This document shows, one piece after another, positions 1-9,953 of a stretch of 64,000 nt of DNA (positions are counted from its first letter, which is position 1; each line of letters starts with the position of its first letter). The notes beneath the pieces were generated by a model that made no database searches, was not told where the DNA came from, and worked only from the letters and a program-made list of their open reading frames with translations. The DNA is from an uncultured Candidatus Binatia bacterium. Its GTDB lineage: Bacteria > Desulfobacterota > Binatia > Bin18. The DNA is taken from positions 4,096,001 through 4,160,000 of the forward strand of contig OZ243961.1 in the NCBI GenBank assembly GCA_965214605.1, given 5' to 3'. The translations under genes were made by a program, and so were the position numbers.

Positions 1-1041
1 ATTTCTGCTGTACTGGCCTCTCACTTTGTCCCCAGTCGCCGAGGCCGCCTGGTTGCGGACCGGAGATGAGTTGGATCGGTGTGCTCAAGGGGATGCGGCT
101 AAGGCATATCCCTGCCGGCATTGAGGTGGTCAACAATACTAATGAGACACAGAATTTCATATTTCCATGCTGGCACACGGACTTTCGGCTCGAGCCTGAA
201 GAAAAAAAGTTGTGGGTGTGTCGATCGTGCTGCATAGGTCGGGCTAGCGGAGCGGAACTCAACATGAGGCTGAAGCGTTTGGCCCGTCAGCTTCACCAGT
301 GTGACTAGCATGCCTACAATGCTGTCAGCTATGGCCCACAGGTGGCGGGAGGGCCGGGGCCCGATTACTTTGCCGGCAATAGTCTCGCCCCTGGTCTCGC
401 CGACCGTCGCAATCTCGGCTTCGGCCAGGGCTTCGCCAGCCTCGGGCTTCCCTGAGCGGCTTGGTAGATGTCGAAGTGAGAGGACCACCACGCTTCAAGC
501 GGCCCGGCCCGTCAATGGCAAGGGTCCGAACCCTTCTTCTCCCCGTCATTCCACTTGTGGAGTAATGATCACGATGGGGATATCTTTAACGCTCGTCATT
601 TCTAGATGGCGGGTAGCCTGATTCCACGGCCGGGAAAATTTGGGATCTGACACTTGCACTCCTATCAGAAACTCCTTCCCTGCGGTCATTGCATTTGGTC
701 GTTCCGTTGAAGGTGCTCTCCGCAAACAAGACCTCATCCTAGGCTTTGACGGAGTCCCATCCCCTGTCTCGTTAAAGGCGCTCACAGAGCTGTTGTTCTC
801 ATCATCACTACACATGCCTGTCTCTCTCTGGGAAAACCCATAGGAGGAGAAAAGAGGGACTCCAGCGTGGAAGCGGACTATAACGTCTCCCTGAGCCTCG
901 CACTTCCAGCCGTGGATTACCAAAAGATTCCCGACAGTTTGGCTCCGTTGCTCAGGACATCAAGGGCAGACTAGGGCGGAAACCAGAGCCAAGGCCAGGC
1001 CCAACAAGCAAGATACGGTGCAGAAAAGATATGAACGCCTC

Positions 1042-1878
1042 CTACCCGCCTCGACAAGCGGTATGACCAACCGCATAGAGAGCTTGAGGTCTGTACTGAG
1101 CTTGACTGAGAGAGCGAACGATGTGAGAAACTTGGTCTACAAACAGCGAGAAGGTCGAGATCGCAGCGGACGACGGGAGGGTAATCTTAATTCCGATGGT
1201 CTCGCCTTCTATGACAGGGGACCACAGCCGGGCGTCTTGCGCAAAAGACTCGTCCGTCGCAGACAGCTCGTCGGCCTGAGAAGTAAAATCGTGCTGCGTC
1301 AGGGGAGCAAAGCGTTGACTGTGGTCAGCCGGACTAAAGAAGCGCAGCTCTGCTCCGGGATCCAAGCTGGCGTAGACCGCAACCCGCAATGCCGAGGCTC
1401 TGGGCGAGGTCACACTGAGGGCGCTGACCAGCCTCCCATCACTCAGAGTGGTCCACTGCAAACGGGGTCCTAGATCACCCTGATAGGTGGAGGGAATTTT
1501 CCGGCCAAAGCCGATTTGTGGCGGCTGATTCTCCTGCTGCTCTGTCCATGCCGTCCGCTCGGAGTTGGTGACCTCTGGCAAAGTAATGCGGAGGGTAGTT
1601 GGGCTGGAGAGGAGCGGCTGAGTTTGATGAATGTGAGGTGTGTCGTCCACTGTATCGGGTGGACGGAAGGCGCGATCGGCACTAATTTCTTGTGCCTGAC
1701 CTGTTGCTAAAAGACAGAAGAGGAGAACGACAGCGATAAAGAGGGCGGCAGAGGTACAGTCCAGGATCCGCGGGATGCTTTGGAGAAGATGGCTCAGGGA
1801 TCCATTTTTCCTCTTTTGCCCGCTTGGATGCAGTAAAGACGCCAAGGCTGTTCGCTCCTTGTCGCTCAGAGAAGCCAT
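1042..1878 (-). pseudogene. Truncated lysyl-endopeptidase-like secreted protease (pro-region only)
   Basis: Hydrophobic signal-like segment (AALFIAVVLLFCLLATGQAQ) followed by pro-domain-like motifs QIGFGR, WTTLSDG..SALSVTSP.ASALRV and LWSPVIEGE. The ORF stops about where the mature protease would start; no catalytic domain follows, and the DNA at 1-1040 is broken by stops. Confidence 0.5.
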
Positions 1879-2142
1879 AGTCTATCCCTTCTTCCTGATC
1901 TAAGCGCGCAGGGTAGACAAAGCAGCTAATCGATTATGTGTCAAGGTTGATCTGGCAGCCCCCTGCCGACGGATAGGCACCCCCCTAGCTGCCTCCTTCA
2001 CCCGCGCTCAGTGCCAGCGGCTCAATCGAACCAGGAGGGCTCTCCTACCGGCTCATGGTGCGGAAAGTCAAGCCGCCCTTCGACCTTTTTTCCTTGCGCC
2101 CGCAGTCCAAACCACGTACACAAGAGGTTAGGAGGGCTGCCT

Positions 2143-2616
2143 ATGGAGGAATTGGATAGCTATCAGGCTCGTCGAGAAAATCTCAAACAGCGGTATTTGC
2201 CGCACGGGGAAGCCTCGGTCGGCACGGTCCCGACCGCTGGGGTCGATCATCTGGCCTTGATCTGTTCAGACCTAGAAGCCACGATTGAGTTTTACACCAC
2301 AGTGTTGGGCATGCGGCTGACCAAGATTATGGTAAACCGGGATGAGCCAAGCTCGACCCATATCTTCTTGGATATGGGTGGCGGTAATCAGCTAGCCTTT
2401 TTTGACTTTCCGAAGAAGGGGCCAGTCCGGACCACCCGGGGAGTGGGCAGCATGCATCATGTGGCGCTGAAGGCGAGTCCCGAACAGTACCGGAAGATTG
2501 TGGCCGCTTTAAAAGCCAAAGGGGCGGCCTATTCGCTGCATGGCTCCGAACAGTCGGGCTCTGTCTATGTCCGTGATCCCGATCAGATTCTGGTCGAGAT
2601 CACGACCGGATATTAA
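2143..2616 (+). CDS. VOC/glyoxalase family protein
   Basis: GVDHLAL...FYTTVLG, HHVAL and YVRDPDQILVEI motifs; GGAGG RBS before ATG 2143. Confidence 0.85.
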   Translation: MEELDSYQARRENLKQRYLPHGEASVGTVPTAGVDHLALICSDLEATIEFYTTVLGMRLTKIMVNRDEPSSTHIFLDMGGGNQLAFFDFPKKGPVRTTRGVGSMHHVALKASPEQYRKIVAALKAKGAAYSLHGSEQSGSVYVRDPDQILVEITTGY

Positions 2617-2627
2617 CCCATGCCCCA

Positions 2628-3302
2628 CTACGGCTGATTGGCGGCTAGGCTGTTAATAATGTCGACCGGCTCAAGCCGGTGGGTATAATCGGCATCAACG
2701 TAGGCCAATTGGATGACACCGTCCTGGCCTATGATATAGGTGGCTGGGATGGGCAACTCGTACGACGGATCGCCGTTGAAATCCGGCAGCTTGGCCCCGA
2801 TCTGATCGTACAGCGGACGTAGTTCGTCGACTAGGGCAAAAACTAGTCCGAAACTCCGGGCTGTCCGATTGCCGACATCGCTTAAAACCTCAAAGGGGAG
2901 GTCGTTCTTTTCGGCCATGGTCAAAGAGTTGTCCGGCGTCTGGGGAGAGACGGCGAGGACCGAGGCTCCGTAGGCTTGCATTGCGGCGAGGTGTTTCTTG
3001 TAAGCCTGCAACTGCAGGTTACAGTAAGGTCACCAATTGCCCCGGTAAAAAGCGAGGACGACTGGACCTTCACGCAGCAGACTGGATAGGCTGACCTGTT
3101 CGCCACGCACGTTTGGCAGACTGAAATCAGGTGCCGTGTCGCCAACCGTCAGGGCGCGGCTGGCAATGCCGGTTTTGACCAAATCTTCGGTAGTACGCTG
3201 GAGCGTACTCAGAATTTCGGCCGGGATTTTGGGCAGCATCTCTTTCTGAAACGCCTCGATGGCTTGCTTGAGCTCTTGGTTGATTCCAGTTGAGCTATCC
3301 AT
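2628..3302 (-). CDS. Peroxiredoxin-like AhpC/TSA family protein with probable selenocysteine (U91, UxxC)
   Basis: ORFs 3030..3302 and 2628..3011 are in the same frame and join as FYRGNW-TGA-PYCNLQL, matching the family motif FYRGxWCPYCN. A hairpin follows the TGA. Confidence 0.85.
3000..3022 (-). promoter_or_regulatory. Putative bacterial SECIS element
   Basis: mRNA GUAA-CCUGC-[AGUU]-GCAGG-C-UUAC forms a stem with a 4-nt G-containing apical loop 16 nt after the in-frame UGA (3030-3032). Confidence 0.6.
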
Positions 3303-3573
3303 GGTCTGGCCCTCCTCTGTCGTTTATGAATGAGATGGCGCGCTTATATATCCTGATGACCGCAAAAGCAAGCTGAGCGAGGACGGGCTGTAGGGGCGTT
3401 TCAGCCGCGCGCTGTGTCGAACCGGAAGACGGGCTGGGCCGGGGACTGAGGGAAGGTCTTTTGAAGGAGCGTCTCTTCTTTCCCAGATGCTCATCCTCGT
3501 TCACCTTGGTTGACCAAACGTACCAAGTAGGTATCAATACGGAGGCGGACAATACATACGGAGGAGAGAGGTT

Positions 3574-5298
3574 ATGCAGGACGTTTTGATGCGGTGGATT
3601 TGTCAAGCCAGTCTGGCGGTCGCGCTGCTGGTGGCGCTCAGTGTCGGTGCGGTGGCCGACCAACACGCCGAATCGGATGAGGGTCTGGCGTCGGTGACCA
3701 ATGAGCGACTGCTCAAAGGAACGCTGAATGGGAGCGACTGGCTGATGTACGGCGGCAATTATGAAAGCTGGCGGTTCAGCCCGCTGACCGATATTGACCG
3801 CCACAATGTCAAAAAGCTCCAGGCCGCCTGGGTTTTTCAGACAGGTATTCCGGCCCAGCTCCAAGCCTCTCCGGTAGTGGCGGACGGGGTGCTGTATCTG
3901 ACCGCGGCCTACAACAGTTTGTTTGCCATCGACGCAGTGAGCGGCGAGATGCTGTGGAGATATGATCATCCGCTCCCAAAGGACATGCGGATCTGCTGCG
4001 GTCCGGGCAACCGGGGTCCCGCCATTGCCGGTGATCTGCTCTACATGGGCACCCTAGATGCCCGGGTGCTGGCGCTCAATCGCAAGACTGGCAAAGTGGT
4101 ATGGAATATCGAGGTGGATAATTATCGCAATGGCTTTAGCGTGACCGCCGCTCCGCTGGTGGTCAAAGATAAGATCATTGTCGGCATCGCCGGTGGCGAG
4201 TATGGCGTTCGGGGCTATCTGGACGCCTATGATGCCAAGACAGGTGAGCTGGTATGGCGTCGTTACACCATTCCCAATATGGGCGAGGCGGGGAATGAGA
4301 CTTGGGAGGGCGATTCCTGGAAGCAGGGTGGTGGGCCGACCTGGGTGACCGGATCCTACGATCCAGAAGCCGATTTACTGTATTGGGCAACCGGTAACCC
4401 GGCACCGGACTGGAACGGAGACAACCGTGAGGGCGATAATCTGTACACCAACTGTGTGCTGGCTCTGGACCCGGATACCGGCCAGCTGAAGTGGTATTTC
4501 CAATTCACACCACACGACATCTGGGATTATGACGGCAATACCGGCATGTTTCTCCTTGATGTCCAACGCGGGACAGAAACCGTCAAGGCCCTAGCGCAGC
4601 CGAACCGGAATGGCTTTTTGTACGTTCTTGACCGCCACAGCGGGAAATTTTTGCACGGCGCACGCTACGTTGAGCAGCTGAACTGGGCCAAGGGGCTTAA
4701 TGAAAACGGCCGGCCACAGGTTGACCCCAAATACGTCCCAATGAAGGGTGGTAACCCTGAGCTGATCTGCCCCGGCAATGTTGGAGGCCAGAATGGCTCC
4801 TATGCTGCGGCCTACAGCCCCACAGCACACGCGATCTTTGTGCCGACGATTGAGAGCTGCGGTAAGATGGAAAAAGCTACCGCGATGTTTATCCAGGGCG
4901 TTCCGTTTTGGGGTGGCGGCCCTGGAGAGACGCAGGGCGATCTGGGCACCGCCTATGGCCATGTCTCGGCTATTGATCCGACGAGCGGCCAGGTCAAGTG
5001 GCGCTATAAAGACAAATATCCGATGGTTGGCGGCGCATTGGCGACGGCTGGCGGTCTAGTGTTTACTGGTAATCAACAGGGCTATGCTCTGGCCTTGGAC
5101 GACACGACCGGTGAGCTGCTGTGGAAGTTCCAAACTGGCTCGACGGTACGTGGTCAGCCAATCACGTATAAAATCGGCGGACGCCAATATGTGGCAATCC
5201 CAAGCGGGGCGGGCGGTCTGGTTGTCAGCATTGTTGGCGAGAATCCCAATATCAGCAAGGGGAGCGCGCTGTTGGTGTTTGCCCTGCCCGAGGGCTAG
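3574..5298 (+). CDS. PQQ-dependent alcohol dehydrogenase (methanol/ethanol family), lanthanide-type motif
   Basis: Signal peptide, vicinal disulfide RICCG, AGGEYGVRG, WATGNP, PHDIWDYDG and W-repeat beta-propeller motifs. Confidence 0.9.
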   Translation: MQDVLMRWICQASLAVALLVALSVGAVADQHAESDEGLASVTNERLLKGTLNGSDWLMYGGNYESWRFSPLTDIDRHNVKKLQAAWVFQTGIPAQLQASPVVADGVLYLTAAYNSLFAIDAVSGEMLWRYDHPLPKDMRICCGPGNRGPAIAGDLLYMGTLDARVLALNRKTGKVVWNIEVDNYRNGFSVTAAPLVVKDKIIVGIAGGEYGVRGYLDAYDAKTGELVWRRYTIPNMGEAGNETWEGDSWKQGGGPTWVTGSYDPEADLLYWATGNPAPDWNGDNREGDNLYTNCVLALDPDTGQLKWYFQFTPHDIWDYDGNTGMFLLDVQRGTETVKALAQPNRNGFLYVLDRHSGKFLHGARYVEQLNWAKGLNENGRPQVDPKYVPMKGGNPELICPGNVGGQNGSYAAAYSPTAHAIFVPTIESCGKMEKATAMFIQGVPFWGGGPGETQGDLGTAYGHVSAIDPTSGQVKWRYKDKYPMVGGALATAGGLVFTGNQQGYALALDDTTGELLWKFQTGSTVRGQPITYKIGGRQYVAIPSGAGGLVVSIVGENPNISKGSALLVFALPEG

Positions 5299-5356
5299 AA
5301 TCCAGGATATCCTCGAAGGATGGGGCGGGCCGCCTTCGGACGGCACCTGCTGCCGA

Positions 5357-6472
5357 TCAGCTCTGGGCGGCGCTCTGCCACGCCCGCCCCATTGCATCTG
5401 CCGCTAAAATCGCGTCTGCAACCATATCAGGGCTGACCTCAAACGGTTCGTTATGGATGGTCTCACCCTCGGCCGTGGCCCGGGCGGCAACCTGGGCGAG
5501 CTGCTCACGCGGCATGTCGGCCCCAAGACCGATCTCGTCCAGCGTGATGGGCAGACCGACCTGGCTGCAGAAGTGCAGAACGGGATCGATCACCGCGCGT
5601 GGCTTGCCTTCCATCACCAGCTGGGTCATCAGGCCGTAGGCCACCTTTTCTCCGTGATAGTACGGGTGGGTCTGAGCGGCTTCGGTCAGGCCGTTGTGTA
5701 CAGCGTGGGCGGCCGCCAGTCCAGACGATTCAAAGCCCAGACCGGACAACAGGGTGTTGGCCTCAACGAGACGTTCCAAGGCTGGATTGACGACATTATT
5801 TTCGACCGCCCGCAGAGCATCCGGTCCGTCTTCGACCAGGATGTTGTAACATAGTTCGGCCAGCTTCTCGGCGCTCCGGGTTGAGGCGCCACCGCGCATA
5901 TTTTGAATATGGCCTGCAACACAGGTCTTGGCTTCAAACCAGGTGGCCAGGGCATCCCCCATACCGGCGACTAGCAGGCGGGGTGGAGCCTGAGCCACCA
6001 CGTGCGTATCAACCAGCACCAGATCGGGATTCTTGCGGTAAAAACGGTATTCCTGAAAGACGCCCTGCTCGGTGTAGATAACCGACAGCGCACTACACGG
6101 TGCGTCGCTTGAGGCAATGGTCGGACAGTTGACCACCGGTAGGTTGAGGTCATCGGCCGCCGCCCGTGCGGCATCCAGCACTTTTCCACCGCCCGCGCCA
6201 ATCACCACCTGACTTTTGTTGTCCCGGGCGCTTTGCTTAATCCGTTCAATCTCGGGATATGAGCACTCGCCACCAAACTGATGTACAGCGTGACGAAGCC
6301 CGGCTTGGCTTAAATGCTGCTGCCAGACTTCGGACAGCAGCCGAATCGCGCTCCTTCCAGCAACAATCAGGGCCGGGCCCGCGAGCCCAATTCGTTGCAT
6401 TTCCGTGCCCAGTTGAGCGGTGGCGTTTTTTCCTTGGACGTAATGGCTTGGCGCCGAAAAGACCGAAAGCAT
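5357..6472 (-). CDS. gldA: Glycerol dehydrogenase (iron/zinc-containing ADH family)
   Basis: GGGKVLD, PTIASSDAPCS, GMGDALATWFEA, GLAAAHAVHNGLT and HGEKVAYG motifs; AAGGAGG RBS before ATG 6472. Confidence 0.9.
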   Translation of the reverse strand: MLSVFSAPSHYVQGKNATAQLGTEMQRIGLAGPALIVAGRSAIRLLSEVWQQHLSQAGLRHAVHQFGGECSYPEIERIKQSARDNKSQVVIGAGGGKVLDAARAAADDLNLPVVNCPTIASSDAPCSALSVIYTEQGVFQEYRFYRKNPDLVLVDTHVVAQAPPRLLVAGMGDALATWFEAKTCVAGHIQNMRGGASTRSAEKLAELCYNILVEDGPDALRAVENNVVNPALERLVEANTLLSGLGFESSGLAAAHAVHNGLTEAAQTHPYYHGEKVAYGLMTQLVMEGKPRAVIDPVLHFCSQVGLPITLDEIGLGADMPREQLAQVAARATAEGETIHNEPFEVSPDMVADAILAADAMGRAWQSAAQS

Positions 6473-6577
6473 AGCCGCCTCCTTGAGGTACGGGTCCTTA
6501 GTATACAGCCAGTCCCGGACAGTATAGACAAAGACTGGTCGGTGCGGCAAGCGAGGAAAAAAGGAAGACGGACTCGA

Positions 6578-7438
6578 ATGCATATGAGGCAACACCTCTT
6601 ACAACTACAACGCGGCTCGGGGCGGTGGCTGTGGTGTATTGTCTGGCTCGTTGCCACCACGTGCCAGCCCGACCCTCCTGAACTCGGCAGCTATGCCTAT
6701 GGACGGCATGTCGTTGACTGTACGCCGGGAACCCGTCCGGGGCTGGCCGGCGTCCAGGATGACGAACGGTCGGCCAAGGGTATCAGCTATAATGTCCGCA
6801 CCCCGGCCAATTACGACCCACGCGTTGCCCATCCCCTGCTGATGGTCTACGCCCCGGCCGGGGTCAATCGGTTTGGCAGCGAGTCCTTGACCGATCTGAC
6901 CAAAGCGGCCACCCAGGCCGGTTTCATTATCGCCTATGCGAATCGTCGCCGTCTGTCGATCAAGGTCATTGAAGAGCTGGGGACGATTCCTGATCTGATT
7001 GCCGAAAAGTGGTGTGTTGATCCAAGGCGAATTTTTCTGACAGGCCACTCCGACGGAGGAACGGTTGCTGTTGCGCTGGCCGTCTTAGAACAAACGCAGC
7101 ATATCCCGACCGCAATCGCGCCAAGCGCGGCCGGATTCACAGCCCAGGATCTTGCCGCCTTTGCCTGCCCGGCTCCGCTGTCAGTGATGGTGATGCACGG
7201 CGCTGAGGATCGACATTTCCCCGGCTATGGCCAACAGATTGCAGACTGGTGGGCGGTCTGTAACCGCTGTGGGAGACGAGCGAGCCCACGCCGGGCTGAT
7301 GGGTGTCGCAGCTATCCTAACTGCGCCGGTGGTGTGAGGACGGTGTACTGTGAGGGAACAGGCTCCCACCTGGAGTGGCCCGGCTTCAATCCACAGCTCC
7401 TAGCCTTCTTCACTGGACTCAGCCAATATCGCCCATAA
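6578..7438 (+). CDS. Exported alpha/beta-hydrolase, PHB-depolymerase/LpqC-like esterase
   Basis: N-terminal hydrophobic segment ending ATTC (lipobox-like), nucleophile elbow GHSDG, HGAED, and SHLEWPG His motif. Start is ATG 6578 or 6584. Confidence 0.75.
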   Translation: MHMRQHLLQLQRGSGRWLWCIVWLVATTCQPDPPELGSYAYGRHVVDCTPGTRPGLAGVQDDERSAKGISYNVRTPANYDPRVAHPLLMVYAPAGVNRFGSESLTDLTKAATQAGFIIAYANRRRLSIKVIEELGTIPDLIAEKWCVDPRRIFLTGHSDGGTVAVALAVLEQTQHIPTAIAPSAAGFTAQDLAAFACPAPLSVMVMHGAEDRHFPGYGQQIADWWAVCNRCGRRASPRRADGCRSYPNCAGGVRTVYCEGTGSHLEWPGFNPQLLAFFTGLSQYRP

Positions 7439-7444
7439 CCCGCT

Positions 7445-7511
7445 AAAATATAAGGATATTTTTTATCTCTGGGCAACGCTTGACATCCAGCCTGGTTTTA
7501 TTCCATATAAG
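7445..7511 (+). promoter_or_regulatory. Possible sigma70-type promoter of the CuMMO operon
   Basis: Perfect TTGACA at 7480-7485 preceded by an AT-rich tract; the -10 element (CATATAAG near 7504) is a weak match. Confidence 0.35.
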
Positions 7512-7583
7512 AGGAACTCCGCACGGGTGGGGCCCAACATGGGTGAACTGAGAGCCGACAGTCTCAGTGGCGGATGCAATTAG

Positions 7584-8168
7584 ATGAACTGTACGAGAAA
7601 GACTGGATGGGTCAGGATGGCGTTGGCAACGCTTGGCGCGGCCCTACTGCTGGTTGGAACGCCAGCTGAGGCGCATCGAGACCGTGGACCAAACGACGCG
7701 TGTCGGCGAGAGATTGGAGCTTCGCTTCTGCACATAACGCTGTATCAGACCCAGTTCGATCCGGTTGCCGAGTACTGCGAAGAAGTCCCACGGGCGGGCA
7801 AGGCACTCATGGTTGTCGATGTGACCCCGGGCCAATTACGGGCAGTCCCCCTTGGGCTCGAAATTATCGCCACCAACGAATCGGGTCAGTCGCAGGCCGT
7901 GGTGTCGGTAGCGCCTCGGATTTATGAGCGCGGCGTGATGAATACAGAGGTGGTCTTTGTCAAGGACAAGGAGTATGTTGCCCAGGTGATGGTCGAGCTG
8001 GAAGAGGGCAAAGCGCCACAACTCCTGGCCTTTCCCATTCAGGTCGCGTCGTGGTATAAGGCAATGATGGTGCCGGGGCTGATTGTGGGTGGGGTGCTCA
8101 TCTTTGTGCTCATTTCAGTCTTCCGCTATACAATTGTCTCCCGGCAGCACAGCGAGGCGTTGGCCTAA
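7584..8168 (+). CDS. pmoD: PmoD/AmoD-like copper protein (copy 1)
   Basis: Signal peptide AEA|H, motif C-x7-L-x-H-x14-C (PmoD motif is Cx7MxHx14C), C-terminal TM helix, directly upstream of xmoC. Confidence 0.75.
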   Translation: MNCTRKTGWVRMALATLGAALLLVGTPAEAHRDRGPNDACRREIGASLLHITLYQTQFDPVAEYCEEVPRAGKALMVVDVTPGQLRAVPLGLEIIATNESGQSQAVVSVAPRIYERGVMNTEVVFVKDKEYVAQVMVELEEGKAPQLLAFPIQVASWYKAMMVPGLIVGGVLIFVLISVFRYTIVSRQHSEALA

Positions 8169-8216
8169 AAGAGGCATACATTAGGAGAGTGCGTCAACAA
8201 GCACAGGAGGAATACG

Positions 8217-9056
8217 ATGGCTCAGGCACAAGCGATGTCGGTATCAAGGGGATCCGGTGATGGGGCGACGATGAATCCGACCGACTGGTCGGTCGGTTGG
8301 AAACCGCTGTTCTGGGGGTGTGGGTTGGTCATGGGGGCCAACATTTTTCTGTGGTTCTGGAACTACTGGTATATGTTTACGGCCGGGCTGAACTCTGCTA
8401 GCTGGGAGTTCACGCTGTACTACCGTACGCTGTTCTGGGCGGAGTTGATCATTATCGGCGCATTCGCCGGAATCTGGCTGGGTTGGTTGATCCGGACCGG
8501 TCGAGAAATAGAGGGCCAGCCGGTTGCGCGGTCCGAACAGGTCCGGCGGATTGCTATTTTGTGGAGCCTGGTCGGCGTGACCAGCCTGTCGGTTTATCTG
8601 GAGGCCAGCTTCTGGCCAAATTGGGACGGTTCATGGCATCAAACCATGGTACGCGACACCGCGCTCACCCCAACCCACATTCCGATGTTTTATTTCTTTT
8701 TTCCACTGACCGTTGTGTTGGCCGTGGGGACCTATCTGTATGGGCGCTACCGCATTCCGAGTCTGTATGGCCGAGACAAAGGGTTTCCATGGTCGTTTGC
8801 CCTGCTGATTGCGGCGGCAGCGCTGGAATGTATGGCGGTCGCGGCCAACGAATGGGGCCATAGTCTGTGGATCTCCGAGGAGATTTTCTCGGTGCCTTTT
8901 CACTGGCCGTTTGTGATCTACGGCTGGCTGGCCAGCGGGATGTTCGCCGTCTGGGGAGAAACCATCGTCCACCTCTTCGAGATTGAGAAAGCTGAAGAAG
9001 AGGATGAGACTGACTCCCCGTCCCAGCCGGTAGAGCAACCCGTGTCTGCCGACTAA
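8217..9056 (+). CDS. pmoC: Copper membrane monooxygenase subunit C (divergent PmoC/AmoC)
   Basis: DGSWHQTMVRDTALTPTH (CuC Asp/His/His) and NEWGHSLWISEEIFSVPFHW (CuD Asn/His/His); several TM helices; AGGAGG RBS. Confidence 0.93.
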   Translation: MAQAQAMSVSRGSGDGATMNPTDWSVGWKPLFWGCGLVMGANIFLWFWNYWYMFTAGLNSASWEFTLYYRTLFWAELIIIGAFAGIWLGWLIRTGREIEGQPVARSEQVRRIAILWSLVGVTSLSVYLEASFWPNWDGSWHQTMVRDTALTPTHIPMFYFFFPLTVVLAVGTYLYGRYRIPSLYGRDKGFPWSFALLIAAAALECMAVAANEWGHSLWISEEIFSVPFHWPFVIYGWLASGMFAVWGETIVHLFEIEKAEEEDETDSPSQPVEQPVSAD

Positions 9057-9076
9057 TCGCCCCGTTCACCGTAGTT

Positions 9077-9112
9077 CGGTGTGGGATCGGCTGAACTCCC
9101 ACACCGCTTTAT
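9077..9112 (+). terminator. Intercistronic stem-loop between xmoC and xmoA
   Basis: Perfect 10-bp stem CGGTGTGGGA/TCCCACACCG followed by CTTTAT. Confidence 0.55.
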
Positions 9113-9142
9113 CTCAAGACCTCGCACAGAGAGGCAGCAGGC

Positions 9143-9946
9143 ATGGCAGACGCACCAGCTACAGTGACAGACCTGACGGCCGAGGCCGAACGCCAAAAAC
9201 GGCTCGAGCTTAAGGCCCTGTTGGAAAAAAAGTATAAATGGATCGATTGGAAGTGGGACCTGATCTTCTGGGTCACGGCCATCTTTGTCGTTGCTGGAGC
9301 GGCAGATATTACCAAACAGCTGTTTGCCGGTGACTGGGACTTCTGGACCGACTGGAAAGATCCCCAGTGGTGGCCGGTGGTCACCGCTTTTGCCACGATC
9401 ATCATTCCGTCTGCCCTACAGTATATCCAGTGGGTGGCGTGGCGCTTCCCCACCGGGGCAACCTACACTGCGTGTTGCATGTTTTTGGCAGCCTGGGTGG
9501 GGCGTTACTTCCAGTGGAATGTGGCCGAAACCTATCCTATGAACTTTGTGTGGCCGATCTCTATCGTCGGGGCAGGTATCCTGATGGACTGGACTCTGAT
9601 GAAAACCAAGAGTTTCATCCTCACCTCCCTCATTGGTGCACATGTCTGGGCCATTGCGGTGTGGGCCTATAATTATATTCCCCTGTCACCCTTCCTCCAA
9701 CCCGCCCACTTCATGGATCATGTCGTGACGGTCTCCGATGTCCAGGGTATTGCCTATATTCGATCGCAGACGCCGGAATATTTGCGTCTAATTGAGCGTG
9801 GTGCGCTGCGCAGCTTCCTGGGCGAAACCCAGTACGTGTCTCTGGTATTTGGCGGCACGGTCGCCTTTGCTGGGTATTGGATCGGCCAGTTCATCGGTCG
9901 CTACCTAGCGGTCTGGCCGATTAGGCGCTACTTAAAAACGCTGTGA
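9143..9946 (+). CDS. pmoA: Copper membrane monooxygenase subunit A (divergent PmoA/AmoA)
   Basis: GDWDFWTDWKDPQWWP, PTGAT, YPMNFVWP and YIRSQTPEYLRLIERGALRSF motifs. Confidence 0.93.
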   Translation: MADAPATVTDLTAEAERQKRLELKALLEKKYKWIDWKWDLIFWVTAIFVVAGAADITKQLFAGDWDFWTDWKDPQWWPVVTAFATIIIPSALQYIQWVAWRFPTGATYTACCMFLAAWVGRYFQWNVAETYPMNFVWPISIVGAGILMDWTLMKTKSFILTSLIGAHVWAIAVWAYNYIPLSPFLQPAHFMDHVVTVSDVQGIAYIRSQTPEYLRLIERGALRSFLGETQYVSLVFGGTVAFAGYWIGQFIGRYLAVWPIRRYLKTL

Positions 9947-9953
9947 GGTCGCT

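Noticed and set aside
66-1473. Short ORFs at the window start and the many antisense ORFs throughout
   Set aside because: No recognisable motifs or RBS; these are shadows of real genes or decayed DNA, as expected at high GC.
6314-6595. Overlapping N-terminal extensions of gldA and the esterase given by the ORF track
   Set aside because: RBS and family N-termini support starts at 6472 (-) and 6578/6584 (+), leaving a normal divergent intergenic region.
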